Of a stretch of DNA of 64,000 nt, positions 8,108 through 17,216 are shown in pieces. The position numbers and the translations under genes were made by a program. The notes under the pieces were generated by a model, which saw nothing but the letters and a program-made list of their open reading frames with translations, was not told the origin of the DNA and searched no databases. Within the stretch, counting starts at the first letter, position 1, and every line of letters begins with the position of its first letter. The stretch is taken from the IMG/VR virus record IMGVR_UViG_3300012277_000001, positions 124,001 through 188,000 of that record. One strand, 5' to 3'. This DNA comes from an uncultured virus (IMG/VR IMGVR_UViG_3300012277_000001) (lineage: Duplodnaviria > Heunggongvirae > Uroviricota > Caudoviricetes).

Positions 8108-9436
8108 TTAGGCAATAAGCCTCATAATTTTTGCGTATTCCGCCAACAGACCTTTGTGGTCATATTTTTTAATCAAGGCGAACATTGCGTCGGTGTACTG
8201 CTGGTGCGTCGTGCGGTCCGCATAGGACAGACGCATATCGTTCAAAACGTTTACCACGTCGGCGTCATCAATCGAATTACGGGCCATGCGACCAATAAGC
8301 GATTTGAACTTCGCATCGGTTTGTGTGGCCAGCATTTTCGACGGAAACTTCATCCACTTAGCACGCAACACCATACGGTCATCGGTGTAGCTACGCATCG
8401 AGCGGTAGAACTGATCGACCGGCAACGAATAGAGGTCGGGAATCTCTTTGTAATCCGGCAATTCAACGTCAATCGACGGACGCAGGTAACAGGTGTATAG
8501 CTCTTCTGCACCTTGGAGATTCACGGCGCCTTTGAATTTCTTCTTCAGCGTGGAATTTGTGAATGCTTTGGAACTGGTCAGGTGTGAACCGCCCATGGTG
8601 ACGGCGCGGTCTTTGGTCCGGATCAGTTTGATTTGGTATTCCGAATGCGGATACATTTCTTTTAGCGCTACGGCCAGTCGATCCGCGTCGGATTCTTCCA
8701 GAGGCTTTTCGGTGTACCACGCGTTCCACGAACTGACGGTGCCGCGCTCAACTTCAAACGCGACAACCGCATAAAACTCTTCGGTAGATTTGCGTTGGAA
8801 CTCTTCGTGCGTCGCAGCCTTGATGATGTGGAAACCGTAGGCGTTCAACCGACGCATTTCCTCTTCGAAGAGCGGCCCGTGATCGTCGTGCAATAGCTCG
8901 GCGGCTTTGTTCGGGTCGATCTTGTGAAGCTTCATTGCACGCTTCATGTGCATCAAGTGAATCTGTTCGTGCAGGATGGTATTCGAGAATAGCACCCGGT
9001 CGATCATTGCCGATTCGTGCACGTGCATGAAATAAACGGGTTTTTTGCCCGCGAATTTCATCTGCGCCAGACCCCAAATCTTGGGGTTACGACTCTTCAC
9101 GAATTTTACGACTGGACACTCGCCGTTGAAATAGGTGTTGTTGTAATAGTCGTAAAGCAGCGGCACCATTTCGAACTTGGGTTTGAACAGCATGTAAGGT
9201 GGGTTCTCCGGGTCCACCTCAACTGACAAAAGTTCTTCGCTCATTTGATGCAGCGCGTTACCTTCTTTGATCGTCAGTTTGAAGATGATTTCCGGGTTGT
9301 CCTCATGCTGCACAACGTAGCGTTCGCCGTGGCGGTACATGGTGAAACGGTCGCCCTGCACCATCAGCAAATCGTATTCGTCGTTGGCCGATCCGTACGT
9401 GATTTCACGCTCGGCCATATAGCGATAGTTGGCCAT
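8108..9436 (-). CDS. SprT-like zinc metalloprotease with extra N- and C-terminal domains
   Basis: YYNNTYF, TILHEQIH (HExxH), HGPLF. Confidence 0.75.
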   Translation of the reverse strand: MANYRYMAEREITYGSANDEYDLLMVQGDRFTMYRHGERYVVQHEDNPEIIFKLTIKEGNALHQMSEELLSVEVDPENPPYMLFKPKFEMVPLLYDYYNNTYFNGECPVVKFVKSRNPKIWGLAQMKFAGKKPVYFMHVHESAMIDRVLFSNTILHEQIHLMHMKRAMKLHKIDPNKAAELLHDDHGPLFEEEMRRLNAYGFHIIKAATHEEFQRKSTEEFYAVVAFEVERGTVSSWNAWYTEKPLEESDADRLAVALKEMYPHSEYQIKLIRTKDRAVTMGGSHLTSSKAFTNSTLKKKFKGAVNLQGAEELYTCYLRPSIDVELPDYKEIPDLYSLPVDQFYRSMRSYTDDRMVLRAKWMKFPSKMLATQTDAKFKSLIGRMARNSIDDADVVNVLNDMRLSYADRTTHQQYTDAMFALIKKYDHKGLLAEYAKIMRLIA

Positions 9437-9892
9437 TTATAATTCCGTGTTTTTGACGATGTAAGTGATGCGAACAGAATTCCGCAAAAAGCTGTTCAAC
9501 ACCTCTTCCTCTGTTAATCCTTTGGGTAGCCCGTAGGCCGCTGGATCGGTGATGTACAGGTACGCATTGATCGACAGCGGATAGCCAATCGTAATATCCC
9601 GAAAATCCACGTACTTGCGCAGCTGCGGAAGAATCGCCAGATCCGGGTGCTCGAATTCGTAGTCGTGAGCCAGCAAAAGGAATTGCGGCATTTCAAAACC
9701 GTATTTGGTACGGGCCACTGCGATACGAATATCCTGTTCCAAGCGCCGGGCCAAACTCGATAGGCCGGTCACGCAGGAACTTTCCCCCACTTCGTTGATT
9801 TCGGGGGTTGGGGTATCAGGTCGTTTGCCGGAATTTGGCACGTCAGAAGACACGACCGAAAAAATAGGCGATGGACCGTACTCACAGCCCAT
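9437..9892 (-). CDS. Hypothetical protein
   Basis: ORF tiled within the operon. Confidence 0.55.
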   Translation of the reverse strand: MGCEYGPSPIFSVVSSDVPNSGKRPDTPTPEINEVGESSCVTGLSSLARRLEQDIRIAVARTKYGFEMPQFLLLAHDYEFEHPDLAILPQLRKYVDFRDITIGYPLSINAYLYITDPAAYGLPKGLTEEEVLNSFLRNSVRITYIVKNTEL

Positions 9893-10724
9893 GGGTTTGC
9901 GTCTCGATTGGAGTCAGTGCAGGCTGTTCGCCGTCGCCCATTTCGACCTTGGTCGCCACTTGTTCAAGGGCTTTCAGTCGATCATCAAGTTCCGCAACGC
10001 ATTCCACCATGAGGCCCATAAGCGAACCGTAGAAAACAGCAAGTTTGCCATCGTTCGTTTTGGTCGTCGCTTCGGGCATCGTCTGGAAAACTTCCTGCGC
10101 AATCAACCCTGTGTAAAGGCGACGCTGGCCGTTTTTGAGGAACGTGTATCCGTGCATGCGGCGTGCTTTCTTCACGGCGCCGGTAATACGTGTGATGTTG
10201 TCCTTCAGCGTACGATCAGACGACAGTGCCACTTCAGTTTTGCAAACCATCTGACCGATTTCGGTGTTGATTTCAACGGTGTTTTCCACACCATTGTTGA
10301 ACGTCAACATTCCACGGGGTTCGGGATCGTCCGGATCTTGTGCGGTTACGCGGGTCAATTGAACGTTTCCGTCCAGAATTTCCGCACGCAATACATCATT
10401 GAAGTTGATAGAGCCGAATTCGTTCAGCTTCATTTCACCTTCGAGTGGACCGCCCGCAATTGGGATGTAGTCACCTTTGCCACCCAACGAAGCCTCGACC
10501 CAACCGGCGTTCGTGATCGGTTTACCGAACCCGAGTTCCCAGTTAGTGATTCCCGTGGTTTCGATAACGCGAACCATCATGCCTTGCTTACGGGCTTGAA
10601 TGGGGATCGCGTCACGTTCTTCGATGCTGCTTACGATACGGAAACCGCCGCGAAGGTCAGTATCCACCAACAGGTAAAAGTCACCGGTTTTTACAAACCG
10701 TTGCGAAATGTTATTAGCCACCAC
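9882..10724 (-). CDS. Tail fibre/spike protein with C-terminal intramolecular chaperone (peptidase S74)
   Basis: SSDRTLKDNI (S-D autocleavage site), GLIAQEV, terminal coiled coil. Confidence 0.85.
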   Translation of the reverse strand: MVANNISQRFVKTGDFYLLVDTDLRGGFRIVSSIEERDAIPIQARKQGMMVRVIETTGITNWELGFGKPITNAGWVEASLGGKGDYIPIAGGPLEGEMKLNEFGSINFNDVLRAEILDGNVQLTRVTAQDPDDPEPRGMLTFNNGVENTVEINTEIGQMVCKTEVALSSDRTLKDNITRITGAVKKARRMHGYTFLKNGQRRLYTGLIAQEVFQTMPEATTKTNDGKLAVFYGSLMGLMVECVAELDDRLKALEQVATKVEMGDGEQPALTPIETQTHGL

Positions 10725-11037
10725 CGCCTCCTACGAATAAAACGCGAACCGTACCTGATTGGGGTTCCAAGAAATCAATGGTGATAAAACCGTTAACTTC
10801 CTTTACGTCATTCGGTGTAAAAATTTGTTTGGCCGCGTCGAAACACTGGACGATGTAGTCTTCAGATTGCACGGGAATTTTTACCGAGGTCGCATCGGTC
10901 AAAGTGGCCTTTACGATCTTGGCATGCCCATGAACATCGACTAATCGAGCGCCGTGATTAGGTTCGGACGGCGCTGTTTCAATTGTAATGCCTTTCCCAA
11001 GCACACGCGGTTCGTATAGTTTAGTGTCCATAAACAT
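10714..11037 (-). CDS. Putative tail-fibre-associated protein
   Basis: Beta-rich; ITIDF.EPQSG.V.V pattern; located in the fibre cluster. Confidence 0.55.
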   Translation of the reverse strand: MFMDTKLYEPRVLGKGITIETAPSEPNHGARLVDVHGHAKIVKATLTDATSVKIPVQSEDYIVQCFDAAKQIFTPNDVKEVNGFITIDFLEPQSGTVRVLFVGGGGG

Positions 11038-11061
11038 ACCATTAAATTAGCGGGAAAACTC

Positions 11062-11084
11062 AAAAACCCACGATTAAGTGGGTT
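11062..11084 (-). terminator. Intrinsic terminator
   Basis: AACCCAC-gattaa-GTGGGTT hairpin with a U-run on the minus strand. Confidence 0.6.
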
Positions 11085-11259
11085 ATTTCAAGTAGGTCGA
11101 TGGTTGATCAGAAAGGTGGCGGCCAATCGGGCGTGCCATCTTGTTTTTTACAGGCTGGGGAATTCGTTCTTTGATCCAGCGCACACCGTGGGGGTCGCCG
11201 CGACGATTACCGGCCAGAAGTTCACCAGACAAAAACGTACGGGTGTATTCAGGACTCAT
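11083..11259 (-). CDS. Small hypothetical protein (58 aa; not in ORF track)
   Basis: MSPEYTRTFLSGELLAG...STYLK fills the gap, overlaps the upstream gene end and stops at the terminator. Confidence 0.4.
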   Translation of the reverse strand: MSPEYTRTFLSGELLAGNRRGDPHGVRWIKERIPQPVKNKMARPIGRHLSDQPSTYLK

Positions 11260-11869
11260 TTTGCACCATCCGTTCTGCGTATTCAGTCATTGCCCGGATC
11301 ACAGGATCGCCCAAAGGGATCAGAGTTTTCGACAGACAAATAAGCGAAGATTCATCAAGGGTTACGGCGGCTGCGGTCCCGGCATTGTCGTAAACAAACG
11401 TCGCATCACCGAGATATTCGGTATCGGGCGGTAGCACCGTGCCTTCGGAAAGGCTGGCATTTCCTACGGCGCAAACAATCTTGAAGTAATACAGCGGTTT
11501 ATTCAGGATTCGTTTCGAGGCGTCCAGCGCATTAAACCACTGACGCACACGTACAGCTGCGAACTGTTCGAACGTCATAGGCGAGTATTGCACCAAATCG
11601 CCTACGCTCATTATTTGCGCGACGGTGTGAGCTTTACCGCTGAATAGCGGGCGCTGTTCCCAACTACCATTCGAAATGCTGGCGCGAAGCTGGTATTCGG
11701 TTTTATCCGCCTGCACGTAAACCACCATACCGAGGCGGCGTGCAGTTAGTGGAATCGCATCACGGGCGGCAATGGTGGCAACCGAACGATAACCACCTGC
11801 CAAATCGTTATCGTCCAGCAGATAGCTATCGCCTGTGCGCAGCAGCCGCGATGTAATGGGCGTAGGCAT
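11249..11869 (-). CDS. Tail-associated protein; N-terminal domain paralogous to 9882..10724
   Basis: TGDSYLLDDNDLAGGYR..RDAIP..ARRLGM versus TGDFYLLVDTDLRGGFR..RDAIP..ARKQGM. Confidence 0.7.
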   Translation of the reverse strand: MPTPITSRLLRTGDSYLLDDNDLAGGYRSVATIAARDAIPLTARRLGMVVYVQADKTEYQLRASISNGSWEQRPLFSGKAHTVAQIMSVGDLVQYSPMTFEQFAAVRVRQWFNALDASKRILNKPLYYFKIVCAVGNASLSEGTVLPPDTEYLGDATFVYDNAGTAAAVTLDESSLICLSKTLIPLGDPVIRAMTEYAERMVQNES

Positions 11870-11877
11870 TTGTCACC

Positions 11878-12651
11878 TCAGTTTGTGTCGGATCGCGACG
11901 ACATGATTTTGTGGTTTCCGCCGACTTTTTCATCGCGGTTACGTGCGACAATCAGTTCGTCGTTACCACCCACTTTCACCTTGCGATTACCGCCGATTTC
12001 CAACGTGTAATTGCCGGTGATTTTCTCGAATTTATTGCCTGCACCCTTGGATACACCACCCGCCGATTTGGCTTCGATTTGCTGCACCTTGGTGTTGGAC
12101 GCGTTCGAAACATAGCCCGGAACATCGCCTTTCGATCCGGTAACAATCTCGGTACACGAACCGACAATTGTTTTGCTGTAGTCGCCCAAGAAAACGAAAT
12201 GAGCATCACCGGGATTCGCGACAAACACTTCGTTCGTCTGCTTATCAATCACAATGGTGCAGCCGTTTTCCAGTTCCATGACAGCACGAAACGGGTAGTT
12301 GGTTTCTGCCAGTTTGGTCAGGGTTTTCTTGTCGCCCGGATATGGAGCCAATTCGGGTTTGTGCGGATCGCCTTTCGGGAATCGAACGCCAACCTTTGCG
12401 CCAATGGGCGGAATATTCAGGAACGCGGCACCTGTTGCGCCAGCGTCTGCCGCATAATCCTGATTCATTGGCATAGCCCACGGCAAATGGGTATCGGGGA
12501 TTGCATCGGGGAAAATACCAGCCACGCGTACGCGCACACGCTGGGCTTTCCGGGGATCATTGTTTTCCACAACAACGCCAGCATAAATAAGCTTTGTATC
12601 AAGCCCTTGACGTTGCATTACTTTCGAGGAATTAATCGGCGACCCGGCCAT
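11878..12651 (-). CDS. Baseplate central spike (gp5/VgrG/GpV-like)
   Basis: OB-fold GVVVENNDP...RVRVRV...LPWA..P..G.KV.V.F..GD; C-terminal 8-aa VGGN beta-helix repeats. Confidence 0.85.
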   Translation of the reverse strand: MAGSPINSSKVMQRQGLDTKLIYAGVVVENNDPRKAQRVRVRVAGIFPDAIPDTHLPWAMPMNQDYAADAGATGAAFLNIPPIGAKVGVRFPKGDPHKPELAPYPGDKKTLTKLAETNYPFRAVMELENGCTIVIDKQTNEVFVANPGDAHFVFLGDYSKTIVGSCTEIVTGSKGDVPGYVSNASNTKVQQIEAKSAGGVSKGAGNKFEKITGNYTLEIGGNRKVKVGGNDELIVARNRDEKVGGNHKIMSSRSDTN

Positions 12652-12944
12652 TAGGGCTGATTACCGGTCAGTGTGCACCAAAGCATCTTGGCACGCAGCG
12701 GAAGTGGGCAACACATCATGTTGTAATACCAATGCATCGCAGTTTCAGGATGGCTTGGATCATGCTGCCGATACGTGAGGTCAGAAACCGCACCGCTCAC
12801 GTAATCTGCGTATTGAATTCGTTGCGGATTATTCAAACGATTTTCAAGCAAATCAATCAGGTCGTGATTGATCACAGGTTCGCTGGTCCCTGCCACATTG
12901 TTGATAGCGTCCAGCTGTTCTTCAGGAGAATACGAATCCCACAT
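12651..12944 (-). CDS. Hypothetical protein
   Basis: Start reassigned to ATG 12944 (GGAG 7 nt upstream); TAATG overlap with the spike gene. Confidence 0.6.
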   Translation of the reverse strand: MWDSYSPEEQLDAINNVAGTSEPVINHDLIDLLENRLNNPQRIQYADYVSGAVSDLTYRQHDPSHPETAMHWYYNMMCCPLPLRAKMLWCTLTGNQP

Positions 12945-12962
12945 TTTTAGGCTCCAGAAACG

Positions 12963-13000
12963 AAAAAACCGCGCCGTGCAATTGCTCACAGGGCGCGGTT
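12963..13000 (-). terminator. Intrinsic terminator / possible attenuator
   Basis: AACCGCGCC...GGCGCGGTT stem followed by U6 on the minus strand. Confidence 0.6.
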
Positions 13001-13170
13001 GGTTTGTACCACCTTTGCCTGAACAAAGGAAGGAATTGCGCTGGCGTCTCGGCGGTCATTCTTTTTGATCCGGCGGCTATAAAACATTGGATTGTTGAAT
13101 CCGTTTTATTGCCTGTCCCTGATCCTTTAGTGTTGGCAGCTGCCGACGCCGTGCAATCCCTACGATACTT
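12963..13170 (-). ncRNA. Candidate small RNA or leader between a promoter motif and a terminator
   Basis: About 200 nt bounded by ACTGTAAA and a terminator; four ANGGA motifs; 11-nt repeat shared with the terminator arm. Confidence 0.3.
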
Positions 13171-13171
13171 A

Positions 13172-13179
13172 TTTACAGT
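13172..13179 (-). promoter_or_regulatory. ACTGTAAA candidate phage promoter element
   Basis: Recurrent motif, intergenic, oriented with transcription. Confidence 0.55.
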
Positions 13180-13200
13180 TTTTCAACTGCTATCACTAAA

Positions 13201-15162
13201 TTACAACCGAGTTTTCGTGCGGCGGCTCATGGCATCCCGTTCACGCAGCATCTTTTCGATTTTGCGGTTTTGGCGTTCGTGCGCTTTGGCTTGATTGGTC
13301 AGAATGCGCTTTTTGCCATCGTGCGTATAACCATAAGCTTCAGACATTTCGCCGAAATCACGATTGGCCAAACCAACGATTTTGCCGTTGTTACGGGCCA
13401 GTACGTCGGAATAGGTATTGTCGAGGTTTTGGTTGTACAGCGATTGAGCCTGTGCAACGAATGCGTGGAAACGATCCGGGTTTTGGCGTGCCATTTGCGC
13501 CAGCTTGTTGTCGTAGGCAGACGCGGTGCCCATGAAACCGTTGGAGGCAAAGCCACCCATGCCGCCACCGCCACCACCCATATCACCACCCATACCATCA
13601 TCAATACCGTATTTCTTTTTCAATTCCTTGATTTTCTTTTGGTATTGGTAAAGCTGTTCTTGTGCCTGCAAATCGGAATCTTGGCCAGCCAGCAAACGGT
13701 CGAGGTTCAGACCACCAGCAGCCGCCATCACACGCAGCGGAACCGGTACGCCTTTATCGGACATTGCTTGTAGCATATCCATGTATTGCTGATCACCTTC
13801 CGGCTGCAAAGTCTTTTCCCAGTGCACGGATGGAATCAACAATTTGGTGCCGTCGTTCAGGCGCTCAAACGAACCTAGCGGATCGAGTTTGTCGAGGCTG
13901 TTACCACGGGTAGAAAGCTTGTTATCACGATTGAGAACGTAACCCTTCAACGCACTGATCATTGGGAAAATGCGGCTGTACAGAGTTTTGCGTGTCAGCC
14001 AATCGCGTTCGGTGCGAATTGCGTCGATGAAGAAGCTGGTGGATGTGTCACCGTTCGCGTAGGTCGCATCACCAGAAAGGAACGCATCAGAAATACCCAA
14101 CGCTTTCATTTTGATGGAATCAATCGCGTCTTTGTTATCAAAGATGGTCCAGCCACCTTGGGGGTCACGAATCTCTTCGGTGGAAATGCCGCCACGGGTC
14201 GCCACAACTGCCCCAACCGGGTCAGCGTCGGCGTTCATGAACATATCCATCACGGCCTGCATATCGGCCAGCGTCGGTTCCCACTCACCAGCGCCGTCGA
14301 GCGTTACATGCAGAATACCTTTTTGACGCATGGCAGAACGAACAAGCGTGCCACGGAACAGGTTTTTCTCCAGCAAATACCACGGCATGATGCGACGGAA
14401 ATAGCTGGTCCCGGTGCTGCTGGAACCCGAACGGCGCGGGACATAAACAGTCGATTTCTGATCGAGTTCAAGTGCTTCGTTCGACAGCTGTTTCATCACG
14501 TCGGCACCCAAGAATTCACGCAGCGCTTTTACACGGGGCGAATCCGATTGCATGGTGCTTCGGATGTATTCAGGGAACGCAACGGTGATCAGCGGATCGG
14601 TGCCGTGGAAAGGCAGTTGGTCTAGCTTGGTGTTTTCGTAGGCGTGAGGCATCACGCGACTGAACACCTGCGTTTTCTCGTTGTACAAAAGCGATGCGAT
14701 GAAACCGCCTTTCACGTTGTAGTCGATTGCCACGTCGGGCATCAGATTACGGATATCTAGGCGGTCGATGTTTTCCATGAAATCATCCATCACTTTCCGA
14801 TCCATGATGCCGGAAATGGTGAAGTCGGAGAACATCAGCTGCGATTTGATATCGACGATGGAACCGCCGATAGAATCGTTGTAATACATGTCGGTGTAAA
14901 TCCGCATGACCAGCTTTTTCTGCTCAAGGTCTTCGGAAAACACAATGTCTTTCAGCAACGGGTCAATGTCGATTTCAATCGGCATCTGCGACAGTTGCGC
15001 GTTACCACCGCTCGCTGCGGTAGCCAGATATTCGTCGATCTTTTGCTGATCGGTTTTCTTTTGGGGAGGGTAATGCTGTTTGCCGAGGCCCATGGTCTTC
15101 GGGCCGCTGGGTTGTGGGGCCGAAGAGAGTTGCGTACTACGGTTTGTTTTACGGAGTTTCAT
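13201..15162 (-). CDS. Portal protein
   Basis: 653 aa from ATG 15162 (TAATG overlap); helical protein close to the terminase; ALGIS.AFLSG.ATYAN portal-like segment; Gly/Met-rich C-terminal linker. Confidence 0.7.
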   Translation of the reverse strand: MKLRKTNRSTQLSSAPQPSGPKTMGLGKQHYPPQKKTDQQKIDEYLATAASGGNAQLSQMPIEIDIDPLLKDIVFSEDLEQKKLVMRIYTDMYYNDSIGGSIVDIKSQLMFSDFTISGIMDRKVMDDFMENIDRLDIRNLMPDVAIDYNVKGGFIASLLYNEKTQVFSRVMPHAYENTKLDQLPFHGTDPLITVAFPEYIRSTMQSDSPRVKALREFLGADVMKQLSNEALELDQKSTVYVPRRSGSSSTGTSYFRRIMPWYLLEKNLFRGTLVRSAMRQKGILHVTLDGAGEWEPTLADMQAVMDMFMNADADPVGAVVATRGGISTEEIRDPQGGWTIFDNKDAIDSIKMKALGISDAFLSGDATYANGDTSTSFFIDAIRTERDWLTRKTLYSRIFPMISALKGYVLNRDNKLSTRGNSLDKLDPLGSFERLNDGTKLLIPSVHWEKTLQPEGDQQYMDMLQAMSDKGVPVPLRVMAAAGGLNLDRLLAGQDSDLQAQEQLYQYQKKIKELKKKYGIDDGMGGDMGGGGGGMGGFASNGFMGTASAYDNKLAQMARQNPDRFHAFVAQAQSLYNQNLDNTYSDVLARNNGKIVGLANRDFGEMSEAYGYTHDGKKRILTNQAKAHERQNRKIEKMLRERDAMSRRTKTRL

Positions 15163-15791
15163 TATTCGGTCCACAGTGGTTTGTTGGAAGCGTAAATCAC
15201 GACGACGTTCCCTTCTTTGTTGTCGTGCCACATTTCGTCACGCACAGAACAACCGTTCGCAATGCGTTTCAGGTGTGTTACTCGATCAGGGCACGCGGCA
15301 TCCTGATTATTCGAGCCGTTGGATTGGCGCAGGTCGATATTCACATCGCCACGGTAGAAATAGAGTTCCTTGCGGTAGTCTTTGTAAAAGGTTCGCCACA
15401 TTTCACGCCCGGCTGCTGTACCGGAAAGGTCTGTGCGCAACGCGTCGAAATGAGTAAGGAAGTAGTGGCGCATCATTGCACGGGCAAGGCCCGGCAGGTG
15501 GGGTGCCTGCCGAACCTCAACCTGTACCGCACGATTACCGAAGTATTCGTTTTCAGCCACTTTGTAATAGCAGGAATACACAATATCGTGACCCTTGGTC
15601 AGAACCAGAAGACGACACTGGGCGAGACTGTTACCAATCAACCGATCCGACCCCAAATAAATCTTGTAGGGAATCGCTCGGTACATGGCAAAGAACCCGG
15701 CCTCGACTAATTCACCATCAGCGATAAGCTGGCGATAACGGTCTGCATCGTCTTCGATGGATTCATAAAGAGGATCAGCGAGTATCGGCAT
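15162..15791 (-). CDS. Hypothetical protein, possibly GNAT-like
   Basis: GLARAMM..Y and TDLSGTAAGREMW resemble phage GNAT-like D..QT..G...W motifs. Confidence 0.45.
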   Translation of the reverse strand: MPILADPLYESIEDDADRYRQLIADGELVEAGFFAMYRAIPYKIYLGSDRLIGNSLAQCRLLVLTKGHDIVYSCYYKVAENEYFGNRAVQVEVRQAPHLPGLARAMMRHYFLTHFDALRTDLSGTAAGREMWRTFYKDYRKELYFYRGDVNIDLRQSNGSNNQDAACPDRVTHLKRIANGCSVRDEMWHDNKEGNVVVIYASNKPLWTE

Positions 15792-15800
15792 TATTCATTC

Positions 15801-17189
15801 CTACATGAAATCAGTAGCGGGACGTTTACCCATCGCAATTACATGGGCACGCAATGTTTTGTAAGTGGTTTTGCCACGGGCCGTCAGCGGGTATTCGTCA
15901 CCGAGTGCCACAACGGACTTTAAAGCGGATTTGAATGCACGCTGATCAGCGCGAATCAAAGTGCTGTGTTGCAGAGACGCCAGAAGCTTGAATAAATCGG
16001 CCTCGGAATCGACGCGTTGGCGACGGAGGATTTCGAACGCAGAACCCGGTTTATTGGACTCGGCAGAATTCTGCACGGAATCCATCCAAGTGTGGAATGC
16101 ACCTTTCGGAATATTGAGCGTGCGTTTAGCGTGGCCCGGTTTTTCAGGTGCCTTTTTAGGTTCTGGTTTAGGCGCGGCAGTTGGTGCATCAGCCGGGACC
16201 AAAATAGTACCCTTCAACGTCAAGTGAGCTTTGCCCTTCCCGTCGTCCACTTCAGCTTTACCAGTTGTGGCCAGTTCGCCCAAAATACGACCTAGTTCGG
16301 GATGCTTGGCCCCCAACCACTCGAAACCTACACCAGACCACGTTTTAACCGTGGATTTACCGGGATATGCATCGTGGGTAATGGAGATTTCTGCACGGCC
16401 ATTCACTTTCATCCCGTCGGGGATTTCGAAAGTGGTTGCTTTTGACTTCTTAGCTGGTTTGGTTGGCGTTTTCGGAGCCGGTGTCGCCTCAAGTTCTGCG
16501 AGGGTCTTACCTTCTTTTGGCTTCGGTGCCACAGGCTCTTTACGTGGCCCGGTAGGAGCAACATCGAAGGGAGGCAGGTCGAAATTGCGACCGATCTGAT
16601 ATTGCGGTTTGACGTATTTGATCAGGTAGTTGAAGTAGCGACCACGCGATTCAGCGGCAACCATGTCGGTGTATTCTTTCTTCGACACGTTTTCGTATGC
16701 CCAGCTGGCGCCGTTGTGGAAGGCTACATAAAGGATTTTGCGCTTCGAATCGTAGATTGCGAAATGCAGGTTCGAACTGTTCATGTCCTCGATGCGCAGC
16801 CAACCTTTGGGCAATTCAACGCCGCCGGTTTTGTCGAGGTCGCCCACACCCGCCTTCACAGGAATTTTCCGGATCTTACCGGACCACCCTTTCGAGTGCT
16901 GCATCAGGCGCGTCAGTTCCTGTTCGTTCAGTTTGAAAACGATATCAGGGCTATGCTTGTGGATAACGAAAATACCGTGGGCGCGTTTCTTCACGCCGTA
17001 CACGTTACCTTCGTGAATTTCCAGTTCGTAATCTTCGTTGTGGCGTGGTTCCGTGTAGTTCAGGACGGGTTGCCCTTCAGCATACTGAAACCATTTGTAC
17101 TGCGTTGGATCAATTTTCGACATTGTGGTGCCCTCGATCATGTCTGCGAGTTTAGGCCCATTTTTGTCAACAGCTTTGAGGGTAGGCAC
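15801..17189 (-). CDS. KTSC-domain-containing protein
   Basis: SSNLHFAIYD..RKILYVAFHNG..WAYENV....Y..MVAAESRGRYFN..IK is a KTSC domain; Pro/Lys linkers. Confidence 0.75.
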   Translation of the reverse strand: MPTLKAVDKNGPKLADMIEGTTMSKIDPTQYKWFQYAEGQPVLNYTEPRHNEDYELEIHEGNVYGVKKRAHGIFVIHKHSPDIVFKLNEQELTRLMQHSKGWSGKIRKIPVKAGVGDLDKTGGVELPKGWLRIEDMNSSNLHFAIYDSKRKILYVAFHNGASWAYENVSKKEYTDMVAAESRGRYFNYLIKYVKPQYQIGRNFDLPPFDVAPTGPRKEPVAPKPKEGKTLAELEATPAPKTPTKPAKKSKATTFEIPDGMKVNGRAEISITHDAYPGKSTVKTWSGVGFEWLGAKHPELGRILGELATTGKAEVDDGKGKAHLTLKGTILVPADAPTAAPKPEPKKAPEKPGHAKRTLNIPKGAFHTWMDSVQNSAESNKPGSAFEILRRQRVDSEADLFKLLASLQHSTLIRADQRAFKSALKSVVALGDEYPLTARGKTTYKTLRAHVIAMGKRPATDFM

Positions 17190-17216
17190 CCGTCATAGCA
17201 GGCGCCTTTATTTTTT

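Noticed and set aside
15163..15231. N-terminal extensions in the ORF track for the portal (also terL, gyrA, 20111..21088 and 12651..12989)
   Set aside because: Downstream starts give stop/start overlaps or better RBSs, while the extensions overlap neighbouring genes or a terminator.
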